64,000 nt of DNA from Phycisphaerae bacterium (GTDB taxonomy: Bacteria > Planctomycetota > Phycisphaerae > UBA1845 > Fen-1342): NCBI GenBank assembly GCA_963675745.2, contig CAXXWX010000001.1, positions 160,001 through 224,000 on the forward strand. The letters run 5' to 3'. The notes beneath the pieces were generated by a model. It ran no database searches. It was not told the origin of the DNA and saw only the letters and a list, made by a program, of their open reading frames with translations. Shown piece after piece: positions 50,450 to 62,595 of the stretch; position 1 is the stretch's first letter, and every line of letters begins with the position of its first letter. A program made the translations under genes and the position numbers.

Positions 50450-53400
50450 ATGAGGGTCCACGCACAATCGATCCTGATTCTAATAGCCCTTGGTGCCGTG
50501 CTCGCCAGCGCTGACTCCTGGCAGATGCAGCATCGCGACAGGGAGCGGACAGGCCGCAGCGACTTCGTCGTGCCCGCCTCGCGCATGAACGACACGTTCT
50601 TCGACGTCATACGCTGGCAAAAACGCACGCCGAACTCCCCCAACGAGGGGAATCTCGGCGCCAGCAGCATGGTGTTCTTTGACGGCGTCGGTCCGGGCGG
50701 GGCCAACCTCGTGGTGTGCGGCTATCACTGGCCAAAAGGCGTGCAAGGCATGGACCGCCACACAGGCGCGTACTTCTGGTCGGGCAATCCGGCCGGCGGC
50801 GAGTCGATCGGCGAGTTCACACCCGCTTTCGCCAATTACGGCACGGTCGTTTACGTCTGCAATGACGCGACCGGCAGCCCCGGCCACCCCACGATGGCGT
50901 TTCTGGCCAACAGCGGGCCGGATAGCTTCTGGCACAACGGCGATAACCCCAATCCGAATGAACTAAGCAACGGATCGCCCGTCATCGCTCCCGACGGCCG
51001 TATCTTCCGCTTCGCCTGGAACGATCGTCCCTACGCCGCGATGGACTTCGGCACGACCATCACGCATTCCTGGGCCGCTCAGAGCGGCGGTGGCGTCTGC
51101 TTCAATTCGCCCGCTTTGTACCGCTACACGTCCGGCGACCTGCGCGTCATCACGAGCGGTCGCTGGGGGCTGATCCAGTCGTTTCTGGCGGACGACCCAA
51201 ACGGCACCCTGGCGTGGTCCGTGGCGACAAGCCGGGCCACCGATGCTTGTCCGACGGTCGACCCCGACAATGGCAACGTGTACGTGGCGGCGAGCAATGG
51301 CAGTGTGTGGATCATCGGCGTTGACCGCGACGGCAACCCGCTCTGGGACGCCGTCAACGCCTACAAGCTCGTGTACGAGTGGATTAATGGCGTCAACAAC
51401 ACGCAGTCGGTCGGAGGGGCCGGCTGCCTCAGCCACGACGGCGCGACCTACTACTTCCAGTCGCACAACGCCGAGGGAGAGGGCCGCCTGTGGGCCATCA
51501 ACACGGCCGATGGGACGGTCAAGTGGAGCTACGAGACCGGCGCGACCGGGACCGGCGATGGCTGGCGTGCGGCGCCGATTGTCACGCCCAACGGCGTAAT
51601 TATCGTCGGGAACAACGACGGCGGAGCATACTACGCGCTCAGTGACGACGTCACCGCCGCCACGTTGCTCGACACGCTGGTGATTGAGCCCAATACCTCG
51701 GGCATCGCGAACGCGGTCGCCACGCCGACGCTATCCGCCGACGGGATGCTCTACATCCCTGCCCGGCTGACCTGGATGGCGGGCAATGGCGACGGCGAGA
51801 TTCCCACTTTCAATACGCAGAACCTCTTCAACGCCTTTGATATCAACGACGGCGCGGTGATGGACCTTCCACCACCACCCGGGCAGTTGGCCAAGGCCCT
51901 CAACAACGCCGTCGATGTTTCCTGGCGCCCGATCAGCGACCCGACAGGCGTGTTCGACCACTACGCCGTCTATCGCGAGCTCGCCGACTTCGGCAGCGTC
52001 AGCGGCCTCACGCCGATCGACACCGTCCCGGATGTGGCGACCGACCACTACCGTGACGAGACGGCGGTCAACGGGACCACGTACCATTACGCCGTGACGG
52101 CCGTATCGACGGGAGGCGGCGAAACAACGGTCATCAACGCGCTGGCGCCGCGAACGCCGTACGATGAGGACGACCTGCAAATCATCAGCATGTCGCGTCT
52201 GCCGCGTTTTCCGCGCTATCTGCCGATTTACAACGTGGCCGCGATGACCGAGCCCTCTGGTTTCGGGCCATATATCACGAGTGCGGCCGTGAGCCTTGAC
52301 GGTGGACAGGACGAGTTCACGCAGCGCTGGCCGGAGCTCAACGACCCCGTCACCTATGTCGCCACCGTGCGCAACGCCGGCACGAACCCCTACAACGGCA
52401 CGCTGGGCGGCACTTGGGAGCTGGACGGCGGCGTGATTGCCACGCCGTCACAGGTCGTCGCACTCGAGCCCGGCGACACGGTGACCTTCGAGATCGCGGT
52501 GAACTGGGACGACCTGCTGCACGATATCACATTCACACTCGACGTCAGCGACGATCATCCCGAAAACGACACACGCTACATCGGCACGAAGTCGGTGCCG
52601 TTCCTTACGTACGTGGATGCGAGCTATATCGAGGATTTCCGCGAGATCAGTACGCCGGAACAACCGCTCTCGCAGACCGACGACATGCTCGACTGGCTCT
52701 GGCGTCACGCCGATCGCATGAACGAGATGTTCGACGAAGCCGGCAGCCTGAAGCGCGTGCATTACGACGTTCTGGCGGTGACGCGCGATGGCGACGCCGA
52801 CCCCAGCATCGACCGCACGCCGTTCGCGATCTTCCCGTTCCGGTATTACTACGAGCACCCCTACTGGGACCCGCGCTATCCGGGTTATTACGCCGACGAT
52901 GACATTGACTATGGCCTGTGCCACGAGATGTCGCACCAACTCGGGCTGATCGACCTGTATCGCCTCGACGTGCATGGCCAGAACAACTACGTCTCGGGTC
53001 TGACGCGCTGGGCCACCGATGGGCTCATGCGGGTCGTCTCGCATTACTACTCCGAGAACAGCGCCCACGCGATGGACCACTGGCTGCACAAGGCGCACGG
53101 CTATTACGGGCAGTATCTGTACTACCTGCCCGAGACCGTTCAGCTTCGCATCGTCGGCAACGCCGGCCAGCCGATCGACGGCGCGTCGATCAAGGTCTAC
53201 CAGAAATGCGAGCGCCCCGGCCTGGGTGAGGTCATCACCACGCAGATCAAGGCCCAGGGCGTCACCGATGAAAACGGGCTGTGGACCATTCCGAATGTTC
53301 CGCTCGACCCAGACTTCGCGCCGCAGACCTACGCCGGCGACCTGTTGCGCGATAACCCGTTCGGCTATATCGCCGTCACCGGCACAAACGGCATTCTGCA

Positions 53401-53722
53401 CTTCGAGATCGAGTACGACGGCGATATCACGTATGAGTGGCTCGAAATCACGGACGTGAACAACGCCTATTGGAACGGCCAGACCACGCTCGCCATCTTC
53501 GAGCGGCAGATTCCCGTCGACTACGAGCCGGTCGTCGGCGATCTGAATTGCGACGGCGCGGTCAACAACGGCGATATCGACCCGTTCGTGCTGGCAATCA
53601 CCGACCCGGCACAGTATCAGGCCGATTGGCCCAACTGCGATATCATGCTCGCCGATATCAACGGCGACGGCTTCGCCAACAACGGCGATATCGACGCTTT
53701 TGTGGCGCTGTTATCCGGCTGA
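50450..53722 (+). CDS. Secreted multidomain protein: PQQ-like propeller, FN3-like, CARDB-like, HExxH metallopeptidase and dockerin-like tail
   Basis: Signal peptide, WQM..RD..RTG, LWAIN..DG..KWSY, Y.YAVTAV, ATVRNAG, HEMSHQLGLIDLY, GDLNCDG tail. Confidence 0.75.
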   Translation: MRVHAQSILILIALGAVLASADSWQMQHRDRERTGRSDFVVPASRMNDTFFDVIRWQKRTPNSPNEGNLGASSMVFFDGVGPGGANLVVCGYHWPKGVQGMDRHTGAYFWSGNPAGGESIGEFTPAFANYGTVVYVCNDATGSPGHPTMAFLANSGPDSFWHNGDNPNPNELSNGSPVIAPDGRIFRFAWNDRPYAAMDFGTTITHSWAAQSGGGVCFNSPALYRYTSGDLRVITSGRWGLIQSFLADDPNGTLAWSVATSRATDACPTVDPDNGNVYVAASNGSVWIIGVDRDGNPLWDAVNAYKLVYEWINGVNNTQSVGGAGCLSHDGATYYFQSHNAEGEGRLWAINTADGTVKWSYETGATGTGDGWRAAPIVTPNGVIIVGNNDGGAYYALSDDVTAATLLDTLVIEPNTSGIANAVATPTLSADGMLYIPARLTWMAGNGDGEIPTFNTQNLFNAFDINDGAVMDLPPPPGQLAKALNNAVDVSWRPISDPTGVFDHYAVYRELADFGSVSGLTPIDTVPDVATDHYRDETAVNGTTYHYAVTAVSTGGGETTVINALAPRTPYDEDDLQIISMSRLPRFPRYLPIYNVAAMTEPSGFGPYITSAAVSLDGGQDEFTQRWPELNDPVTYVATVRNAGTNPYNGTLGGTWELDGGVIATPSQVVALEPGDTVTFEIAVNWDDLLHDITFTLDVSDDHPENDTRYIGTKSVPFLTYVDASYIEDFREISTPEQPLSQTDDMLDWLWRHADRMNEMFDEAGSLKRVHYDVLAVTRDGDADPSIDRTPFAIFPFRYYYEHPYWDPRYPGYYADDDIDYGLCHEMSHQLGLIDLYRLDVHGQNNYVSGLTRWATDGLMRVVSHYYSENSAHAMDHWLHKAHGYYGQYLYYLPETVQLRIVGNAGQPIDGASIKVYQKCERPGLGEVITTQIKAQGVTDENGLWTIPNVPLDPDFAPQTYAGDLLRDNPFGYIAVTGTNGILHFEIEYDGDITYEWLEITDVNNAYWNGQTTLAIFERQIPVDYEPVVGDLNCDGAVNNGDIDPFVLAITDPAQYQADWPNCDIMLADINGDGFANNGDIDAFVALLSG

Positions 53723-53834
53723 TGATCGTCGGCTGAACTTGAGCCGACCGTGTCGCCCCCGGCGCGTGCTCGCGTCACGCGAGTGCCCCGGGAACGACAC
53801 GGTCGGCATATACGGTGGGACGGCCCGTTCACCC

Positions 53835-55409
53835 CTACCACGTCTGGCCGTACAGATCACCTTGCTCGGCGCCGGCCTGCATGAGTTGCAGCAATTCGTT
53901 CGCGAAATCAAGCTCGGCGTTCAGGGCCTCGTCCGCCAACGCCTCCGCCGTGTTGTCAAAGCGGGCGATGGCGTCTTCAAGTGTTGCGATCGCCGCTTCG
54001 GCATCAGTGCCGTACTGGTCAGCGGCGTCGGCCATCGCGGTCGTGAGCAGCGCGAGTGCGATCGTCTTGCGCACGCTCGCCTGCTGATACCACTCACCGT
54101 TGGCGTCCAGCTCTTCACCGGCATAGGCGACATCAATCGTCTCGGCGATCGGATCTCCGGCGGGAGTTTCGTAGCTCAGCTCGGCCGTGACCGCCATGCC
54201 GTCGAAACCGGCCCCGGCGCTGGGCACGAGCTGCATGAGCAGGGCGCCCTTGTTTTTGCTGAGGAACACGGTGGCAACGTCGAGGCCTGGAGCTTCGCCC
54301 GACTCGGCCGCCGGGAAGCCGTAGGCTTCACCGACCTCAAAGCCGGCGCTGGTCGTGAGTCGCACGTTGAGATCGTGCGCGATCGGGCTGACCAGCCAGG
54401 GCCAGTTGTCTTCCATCAGCGTGGTGACATCCTCGTAATCAAACAAGCTGAAGGCGTTACCGCCGCGCAGGTGGGCCATCGCGTTGAGCAGTTCCTGCCC
54501 GAGACCCACGCCGAAGGCCATGATGGTCATACCGATGTTCTCGTCGGCGCCGGCGGCGACCATTTGCTCGAATTCGCTGGGGGCGGTGCTGCCGACGTTG
54601 GGCTGCACGTCGGTAAAGAGCATGACGCGCGTCTCGGTGGTGTCGCCGGGCGCGGCGTTGGCTAGCTCATAGGCGCGCTGGACGCCGGCTTCGAGGTAGG
54701 TCGAGCCACCCTCGCCGAGGCCGTCGATGGCGCTGGTGATCAGCGCATCGCTGTCGCCCGGCGTGAGCTCCAGCGCCGTGGCAACTTCAGAGCCGAAGGT
54801 GACGATGGCAATGCGATCGTCGGGGCCGAGTTCGCCGGCGATGGCGCGCAACAGAGCCCGTGCCACCGTGCCGGGCGTGGGATACTCGGAGTCCTCGCTG
54901 CCATAGGGCCAACCCATCGAGCCTGAAACATCGACGCACGCGATGAGTGTCAGGCTGGGTCGGACGAACGTCTCCGGGTCGATGGTCGAGGACAGACCTA
55001 GCTGGAACCAGCCGGACGGATCGCCGGCGGCGTCGGGGACGATACCCAGCGCGCCGCGCACGCAAAGCTCGCGCTCGCAGGCGTCGCCGGTGAGGCCCAG
55101 GTCGTGCTCGGAGAACATGCCCTCGACGACAAACGCCTCGGCGGGCGGCACGCGGGCGTTATCGACGAGCTCGCGCGCCAGCCCCATGTCCTGGACGCCG
55201 CCCTGGGTAGCGCCGAATTCGCCGTCAAACGCGCCCGTGGGCCCGGCGTTGGCAAAGCCGCCACCACCGGGTGCCGCAGCGTCGAAGCCGGCTGGGCCAC
55301 CGACATTACTCAGTGTACCGACAGCCGGCAGACAGCCGATGATGGCCATTGTCAATGGGAGGATCGCAATTACGCAGCAGAACTTGAAAGGCCTGTGACG
55401 TCGAAGCAT
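53835..55409 (-). CDS. VWA-domain lipoprotein (YfbK-like)
   Basis: Lipobox IIGC, DVSGSM, GGST, LFTD..PNVG. Confidence 0.82.
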   Translation of the reverse strand: MLRRHRPFKFCCVIAILPLTMAIIGCLPAVGTLSNVGGPAGFDAAAPGGGGFANAGPTGAFDGEFGATQGGVQDMGLARELVDNARVPPAEAFVVEGMFSEHDLGLTGDACERELCVRGALGIVPDAAGDPSGWFQLGLSSTIDPETFVRPSLTLIACVDVSGSMGWPYGSEDSEYPTPGTVARALLRAIAGELGPDDRIAIVTFGSEVATALELTPGDSDALITSAIDGLGEGGSTYLEAGVQRAYELANAAPGDTTETRVMLFTDVQPNVGSTAPSEFEQMVAAGADENIGMTIMAFGVGLGQELLNAMAHLRGGNAFSLFDYEDVTTLMEDNWPWLVSPIAHDLNVRLTTSAGFEVGEAYGFPAAESGEAPGLDVATVFLSKNKGALLMQLVPSAGAGFDGMAVTAELSYETPAGDPIAETIDVAYAGEELDANGEWYQQASVRKTIALALLTTAMADAADQYGTDAEAAIATLEDAIARFDNTAEALADEALNAELDFANELLQLMQAGAEQGDLYGQTW

Positions 55410-55436
55410 GGTGGACCCCTTGTTGAAAAGTTGGTG

Positions 55437-55634
55437 GAGTTCAGTGTTCAGAGGTTAGAGGTTAGAGGTTAGAGGTTAGAGTTCAGTAACAGCAACAACA
55501 GCGATCAGCTTTCGGCTTGAGCCCCAGGTGACGGTGGCCCGTTTCTGTTTCCGTTGCTGAAACCTGACCTCTGACCTCTACCCTCTGACCTCTGAACTCT
55601 GACCTCTGAACTCTGACCTCTGAACTCTGAAAAC
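55437..55634. repeat. Inverted heptamer tandem array (empty type, largest)
   Basis: 7 gaggtta/gagttca-like units (55437-55485) vs about 11 tgacctc/tgaactc-like units (55558-55634). Confidence 0.9.
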
Positions 55635-55946
55635 CCATCCCGCTCACGCGGCACATCGCCAAATGCTCACACCCATGGCAGTCTAGGACGCGCCCAGGTG
55701 CGATTCAACGCAAAACGTGTAAGAAAGTTCTCCGGCGCGCGAACTAATAAGTGGAGGGGTTCGCGCCGGTCGCCAGCGTCGCGCTGCGATAGACGATGAT
55801 CGCGCCGTCTTCGTATTCGATGGGCTCAACATGCGCCGCGCGGAAACCGCGCATTGCATCGACAACCATCGGCCAAGCTCGGCGCGGCGAAACCAGGTGA
55901 TCATCGCGCCGCCGGCTAAGCAGAAACCGGTGCGGCGAGCCGCACG

Positions 55947-57858
<1,912 letters not shown>

Positions 57859-57870
<12 letters not shown>

Positions 57871-57886
57871 AGTTCTGCATTCTGCA
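57859..57886. repeat. Heptamer tandem arm upstream of the four-helix-bundle gene (inverted relative to 57444-57478)
   Basis: ttctgca ttcatag ttctgca ttctgca, abutting the atpG stop. Confidence 0.85.
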
Positions 57887-58768
57887 TTACGATGCGATCG
57901 CTTCCGCTCCGCCCACGATGTCCAGCAGATCCATGGTGATCTGTGTTTGCCGCGCGCGGTTATAGCGCTGCGACAGGTATTTGATCATATCCCGCGCGGA
58001 ATCGGTCGCCGACTTCATCGCGACCATGCGCGCAACCTGCTCGCTGACGATCGAATCGTTGAAATACTGGTACAGCCGAACCTTCACCGTCTCCGGGATC
58101 AGACGCGCCAGCAATTCGGCCGGCGGCGGCGAGAACTCGAAATCAGCGGACGCGGTCCGCGACCCTTCTTCCGCCTCGCTCGTGGCCGGCGGCTCGATCG
58201 GCAACAGCCGCACAATCTCGGGTCGCTGCACACTCGTCGAGCAATAACGCGTGTAGGCAACGTCCACGCGCGCGATCGCACCGCGGGCATAGAGCTCCAT
58301 AAACCGATCGGCCATCTCCGCCACGCGCGCGTAAGCAATGCGGTCCTCAACATCAGTGACCTTGCGCGCCACGTCGATCCTGAGAAATCTGAAGTAGTTG
58401 ATGCCCTTCTTGCCAACCAGCTCCAATTCCGGCGCGAGACCTTCATCCACCGATGCCTGGCGATGCTCGAGCGCCCGGCGCAGGACGGCGGCATTGTACG
58501 CCCCGCACAACCCACGGTTCGACGTGATCACCAGCAGGACGCTGCTGTCAACGCCCTCATTCGGCTTGAGCAAGGCGTGCTCGACGGTGCCGGCCTGCGA
58601 GAGAGTCTGCACCATCTCGCCGATCGCCTGCGTATAAGGTTGGCCGGCCGTCGCGCGGCGCAGGCACTTCTGGTAACGCGCCGTCGCGATGAGCTGCATC
58701 GTCTGCGTGATCTTCTTGATGTTGGTGACCGCCTTGCGGCGTTTGACGATCGCGCGGGCCTTAGCCAT
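57887..58768 (-). CDS. atpG: ATP synthase F1 gamma subunit
   Basis: KITQTM, SNRGLCGAYN, SEQVARMVAM..AT, YNRARQ..IT. Confidence 0.97.
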   Translation of the reverse strand: MAKARAIVKRRKAVTNIKKITQTMQLIATARYQKCLRRATAGQPYTQAIGEMVQTLSQAGTVEHALLKPNEGVDSSVLLVITSNRGLCGAYNAAVLRRALEHRQASVDEGLAPELELVGKKGINYFRFLRIDVARKVTDVEDRIAYARVAEMADRFMELYARGAIARVDVAYTRYCSTSVQRPEIVRLLPIEPPATSEAEEGSRTASADFEFSPPPAELLARLIPETVKVRLYQYFNDSIVSEQVARMVAMKSATDSARDMIKYLSQRYNRARQTQITMDLLDIVGGAEAIAS

Positions 58769-58836
58769 ATCAAGCCTTCAAGGCTGGAAGCTCTAACCAG
58801 TCCACCGTGGCCTGGTTGTCACAGCACTGATCCCTC

Positions 58837-58904
58837 GTGGCACCGGTTTTCAACCGGTGACGGTCTTCAACCGGTGAACTCCACAGGTAACAAACCTGAG
58901 TCAC
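58837..58904. repeat. REP-like element (family A)
   Basis: gtggcaccggttttcaaccggtg, the exact reverse complement of 25961-25983, plus a degenerate second arm. Confidence 0.8.
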
Positions 58905-58969
58905 ACTTCGATTCCGGCCGAGGGTCACGCTAGGCCACAGCCCTCGGATACGCAGATTCCCGGCCCTCC

Positions 58970-60643
58970 CTACTCCGCCGGGCTCTCTTCCCGAAATCGC
59001 TTCTTGAAATTCGCGACGACCTCTTTCAGCTTGGCGTCGATCTCGTCGGTCATCTTCTTTTCAGTCGCCAGTTGTTCGCGCACTTCCGGGAACTCATCGC
59101 GGTAGTGCTTCAATAGACCCTCTTCAAACTCCGACACCCGGCTGAGCTTTATGTCGTCAAGGAAACCGCGGGCGCCGGCATGAATCGACAGAATCTGATC
59201 GATGATGTCCATGGGCTGATACTGCGGCTGCTTGAGCAACTCGACCATGCGGCGACCGCGGTCGAGCGATTTCTGCGTAGCGGCGTCCAACTCCGTACCA
59301 AGCTGGGCAAACGCCTCCAGCTCGCGATACGCCGCCAGGTCCAGGCGCAGCGACCCGGCGATCTTCTTCATCGCCGGTAGCTGGGCGTTGCCGCCAACGC
59401 GACTGACCGAGATGCCGACGTTGATGGCGGGGCGCACGCCGGCGAAGAACAGATCCGGCTCCAGGTAAATCTGCCCGTCGGTAATCGAAATCACGTTGGT
59501 GGGGATATACGCGGAGACCTCACCTTCGAGAGTTTCGATGACCGGTAAGGCCGTCAGACTCCCGCCCGAAGTCGGGTCGATGCGAATCTCGTGCGCGTCC
59601 TTGTCGGCCATGGCCGCGTGGTCTTGCTCGCAACGCTCTATGTCCTGATTGCCGACATAAACCGTGCCGTTGACGCCTTCGGCCGTGTCCGGCGGCGCGT
59701 CTTTCTTTACGATGACCCGGCGTTCGGCGAGTTTGCAGGAGCGCTCAAGCAGGCGGCTGTGCAGGTAAAACACGTCGCCGGGATAGGCCTCGCGGCCCGG
59801 AGGTCGCCGCAGGAGCAGGGACAACTGGCGATACGCGGCCGCTTGTTTCGAGAGATCGTCATAAACGCAGCAGGTGTGCCCGCCCCTCTCGTACATGAAA
59901 TACTCAGCCATCGCGCAGCCGGCGTACGGGGCGATGTACTGGAGCGGCGCCGAGTCGGCCGCCGATGCCGAAACCACAATCGTGTAGTCCATGGCGTCAT
60001 GCTTGCGCAGCGTCTCGACCATGGCCGCAACGGTCGATTCCTTTTGGCCGATCGCCACGTATACGCAGATCACGTCGCTGCCACGCTGGTTGATGATGGT
60101 GTCGATGGCGACGGCGGTCTTGCCGGTCTTGCGGTCACCGATGATCAACTCACGCTGCCCACGACCGATCGGGATCATGCTGTCGATGGCCTTGATACCG
60201 GTCTGAAGCGGCTGATTAACCGGCTGGCGTCCGGCAATGCCGGGCGCGTAGCTCTCAAGCGGACGGCGGTGCGGAGACTGGATCGGCCCCTTACCATCCA
60301 TCGGACGTCCGAGCGGATCGACCACGCGCCCGATCAGGGCGTCACCGACGGGCACACTGAGCAGCCGCCCCGTGGTCCGGACCTCGTCGCCCTCCTTGAT
60401 GTCGAGATAGTCGCCGAGCACGACCGCGCCGACCGAGTTTTCCTCCAGGTTGAACACCAGACCGACCGCACCGCTGCTGAATTCGAGCATCTCGCCGGCC
60501 ATCGCGCGGGCCAGGCCGTAGATCCGAGCGACGCCGTCGCCGACCTCGAGCACTTTGCCGACCTCGGAGACGTCCAGCGTGGTTTTGTACTGGGCGATCT
60601 CTTCCTTGATGATGCTGGCGATCTCGTCTGCCTGAATTCTCAT
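58970..60643 (-). CDS. atpA: ATP synthase F1 alpha subunit
   Basis: [45 protein letters not shown]. Confidence 0.98.
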   Translation of the reverse strand: MRIQADEIASIIKEEIAQYKTTLDVSEVGKVLEVGDGVARIYGLARAMAGEMLEFSSGAVGLVFNLEENSVGAVVLGDYLDIKEGDEVRTTGRLLSVPVGDALIGRVVDPLGRPMDGKGPIQSPHRRPLESYAPGIAGRQPVNQPLQTGIKAIDSMIPIGRGQRELIIGDRKTGKTAVAIDTIINQRGSDVICVYVAIGQKESTVAAMVETLRKHDAMDYTIVVSASAADSAPLQYIAPYAGCAMAEYFMYERGGHTCCVYDDLSKQAAAYRQLSLLLRRPPGREAYPGDVFYLHSRLLERSCKLAERRVIVKKDAPPDTAEGVNGTVYVGNQDIERCEQDHAAMADKDAHEIRIDPTSGGSLTALPVIETLEGEVSAYIPTNVISITDGQIYLEPDLFFAGVRPAINVGISVSRVGGNAQLPAMKKIAGSLRLDLAAYRELEAFAQLGTELDAATQKSLDRGRRMVELLKQPQYQPMDIIDQILSIHAGARGFLDDIKLSRVSEFEEGLLKHYRDEFPEVREQLATEKKMTDEIDAKLKEVVANFKKRFREESPAE

Positions 60644-60662
60644 TGTTTCCTCACGCGCGGCG

Positions 60663-61250
60663 TTAGTCGCGAACACCGACCTCAAGTCCGCGATCACCCC
60701 GATCAGACAATTGCAGTTTCATGTCGTGGAGCTGGCGCCGTAGAGAATTGTCGTAACGCCAGTCACCGATTTGCAGGATCAGCCCGCCCAGCAGCTCCGA
60801 CTCGACCACAAAATCCATCAGCGGTTTCTTGCCGGATTTCTCGGCGGCAAGCTGCGTCACCGCGGCGCGCTGCGCGTCGGTAAGCGCCACGGCGCTGGTG
60901 GCCCTGGCCTCGATCTGGCCGGCGGCCTCTTCGAGCGCCAACACGTAGCTGCGCAAGAGCGCACGCAACAAGCCGCCGCGCCGGTGCCTGACCATCGCGA
61001 GCAGCGTGTTGAGCACCATGTCGCTGAGCTGGTTGCGGAAGATTCTCTCGAGCGAGGCGATCTGCTGATCGACGTCGAGCGCGACCGTCGCGAGAAACTC
61101 GGCGAATTCGGGATCAACCTCGGCCAGCCTGACCAGCTCCTCGAGTTCGGCGCGCACGTCCTCGACCCGGCTGGCTTCCCAGGCGAGCTCAAAGAGCGCC
61201 TCGGCGTATACGCCGGCGACGGCCATGCGTTCGTCGATCGTTGCGGCCAT
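60663..61250 (-). CDS. atpH: ATP synthase delta subunit
   Basis: [25 protein letters not shown]; operon position. Confidence 0.93.
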   Translation of the reverse strand: MAATIDERMAVAGVYAEALFELAWEASRVEDVRAELEELVRLAEVDPEFAEFLATVALDVDQQIASLERIFRNQLSDMVLNTLLAMVRHRRGGLLRALLRSYVLALEEAAGQIEARATSAVALTDAQRAAVTQLAAEKSGKKPLMDFVVESELLGGLILQIGDWRYDNSLRRQLHDMKLQLSDRGDRGLEVGVRD

Positions 61251-61298
61251 AACTCCTAACTCAACTCATCGTGGCGCTGGCGCCCTGCCATACGCCAC

Positions 61299-61919
61299 TC
61301 AATTAAAACGCGCTTCGTCCGAAGCGCGCATGCGCTCCAGTGATTCACGCACCAGATCCGCGTGATCCGCCGGCGACAGCTCTTTGCTGATCACGCTGCC
61401 GGCAACTCTGACCGCCACATCCGTGGTCATGTCATACAGCTTCTTGACCGCATCATCAGTGGCTATTTGAATCTCGCGCCTGGCTCGGTCGATCATCTGG
61501 TCGGCTTCCTGCTTGGCCTGTGCGTGGATCCGCTCACGCACCGCTTCGGCGTCGCGCTTGCCTTCCTCGACCAGCTCGGTCGCATCTTCACGCGCGCGGT
61601 CGATCTGCTCCTGGTACCTGGCCAGCAACTCGTCGGCCGCCTCGCGCTCGCGCTTGGCCTCAACCAGCGCGTTGTGGATCATGTCCTCACGCTGCTGGAG
61701 GACGTTAAGCACGGCCGGCCATGCGAACTTGCCCAGGAAGAAAACCACCAGGCCGAAGATGATGAGCGTGATCAGCGAATTGCCGATGTCGCTGCTGAGG
61801 AAGACGTCGGGATCCTCGCCGTGCGCCTGTCCTTCGGCGGCCACGACCGGCACGGCAAGTATCATGAGCGCGATGGCTGCACACTCGATACCGGACACGA
61901 AATTGAAGCGCTTTGACAC
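61299..61919 (-). CDS. atpF: ATP synthase Fo b subunit
   Basis: LGKFAWP.V...L..RE..I, long coiled coil; start uncertain. Confidence 0.92.
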   Translation of the reverse strand: MSKRFNFVSGIECAAIALMILAVPVVAAEGQAHGEDPDVFLSSDIGNSLITLIIFGLVVFFLGKFAWPAVLNVLQQREDMIHNALVEAKREREAADELLARYQEQIDRAREDATELVEEGKRDAEAVRERIHAQAKQEADQMIDRARREIQIATDDAVKKLYDMTTDVAVRVAGSVISKELSPADHADLVRESLERMRASDEARFN

Positions 61920-61990
61920 GGACCTGCTCCGCACAATCGGCGGCGCCGCGGCAGCAACTCGGAGCTTGCGCGGCCCGCTCGTCTGCGTTC

Positions 61991-62341
61991 TCAGATTGCC
62001 AACAAGCACACCACCACGGCGAACAGCGTCGCACCTTCAATCATCGCCGCCGTGATCAACATCGCCGTGTTAATCGAGCCGGCGACCTCCGGTTGGCGCG
62101 CCATCGACTCGACAGCCGCGCCACCGATGCGGCCGATGCCGGCGGCACCACCCATGATGACCAGACCGGCACCGATACCGGCACCCACGCCACCAAACAC
62201 CTTCTCGGGCACCACGCTGGCACTGGCGGTTTCACCGTGCATCTCTTCTTCGTTTGGTTGAGCCAGGGCGGCGTCGGCGCCCATGATGCCGAAGCCAAAC
62301 AGTATCAGCGTCAAACCCACAATTGCTCGTGTTTTCTTCAT
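61991..62341 (-). CDS. atpE: ATP synthase Fo c subunit with N-terminal extension
   Basis: GAGIGAGL...GIGRIG, ARQPE, AMIEGATLF. Confidence 0.93.
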   Translation of the reverse strand: MKKTRAIVGLTLILFGFGIMGADAALAQPNEEEMHGETASASVVPEKVFGGVGAGIGAGLVIMGGAAGIGRIGGAAVESMARQPEVAGSINTAMLITAAMIEGATLFAVVVCLLAI

Positions 62342-62483
62342 TGCAATGCGCCTTTCGTTTTGCCGCGTCATCCGGTGAGGTCGGAGACATTCTTGTCGAA
62401 TCTCGCCATCGCCTCTCAGCCTTGCGACCCGTTACCCCACTTACCGGGCATGGCGTTCGAACGCAGTTGTCAATACATCATTC

Positions 62484-62579
62484 GTGGCACCTGGAGGGTG
62501 GCACCGGTTCTCTGTGGCACCGGTTTTCTGTGGCACAGGTTTTCAACCGGTGAGACCACTGGTTGGAAACCAGTGCCAC
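62484..62579. repeat. REP-like element (family A), full doublet with 16-nt tandem end units
   Basis: gtggcaccggttctct gtggcaccggttttct gtggcacaggttttcaaccggtg ... cactggttggaaaccagtgccac. Confidence 0.85.
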
Positions 62580-62595
62580 AGCTATGGGATAGCCT

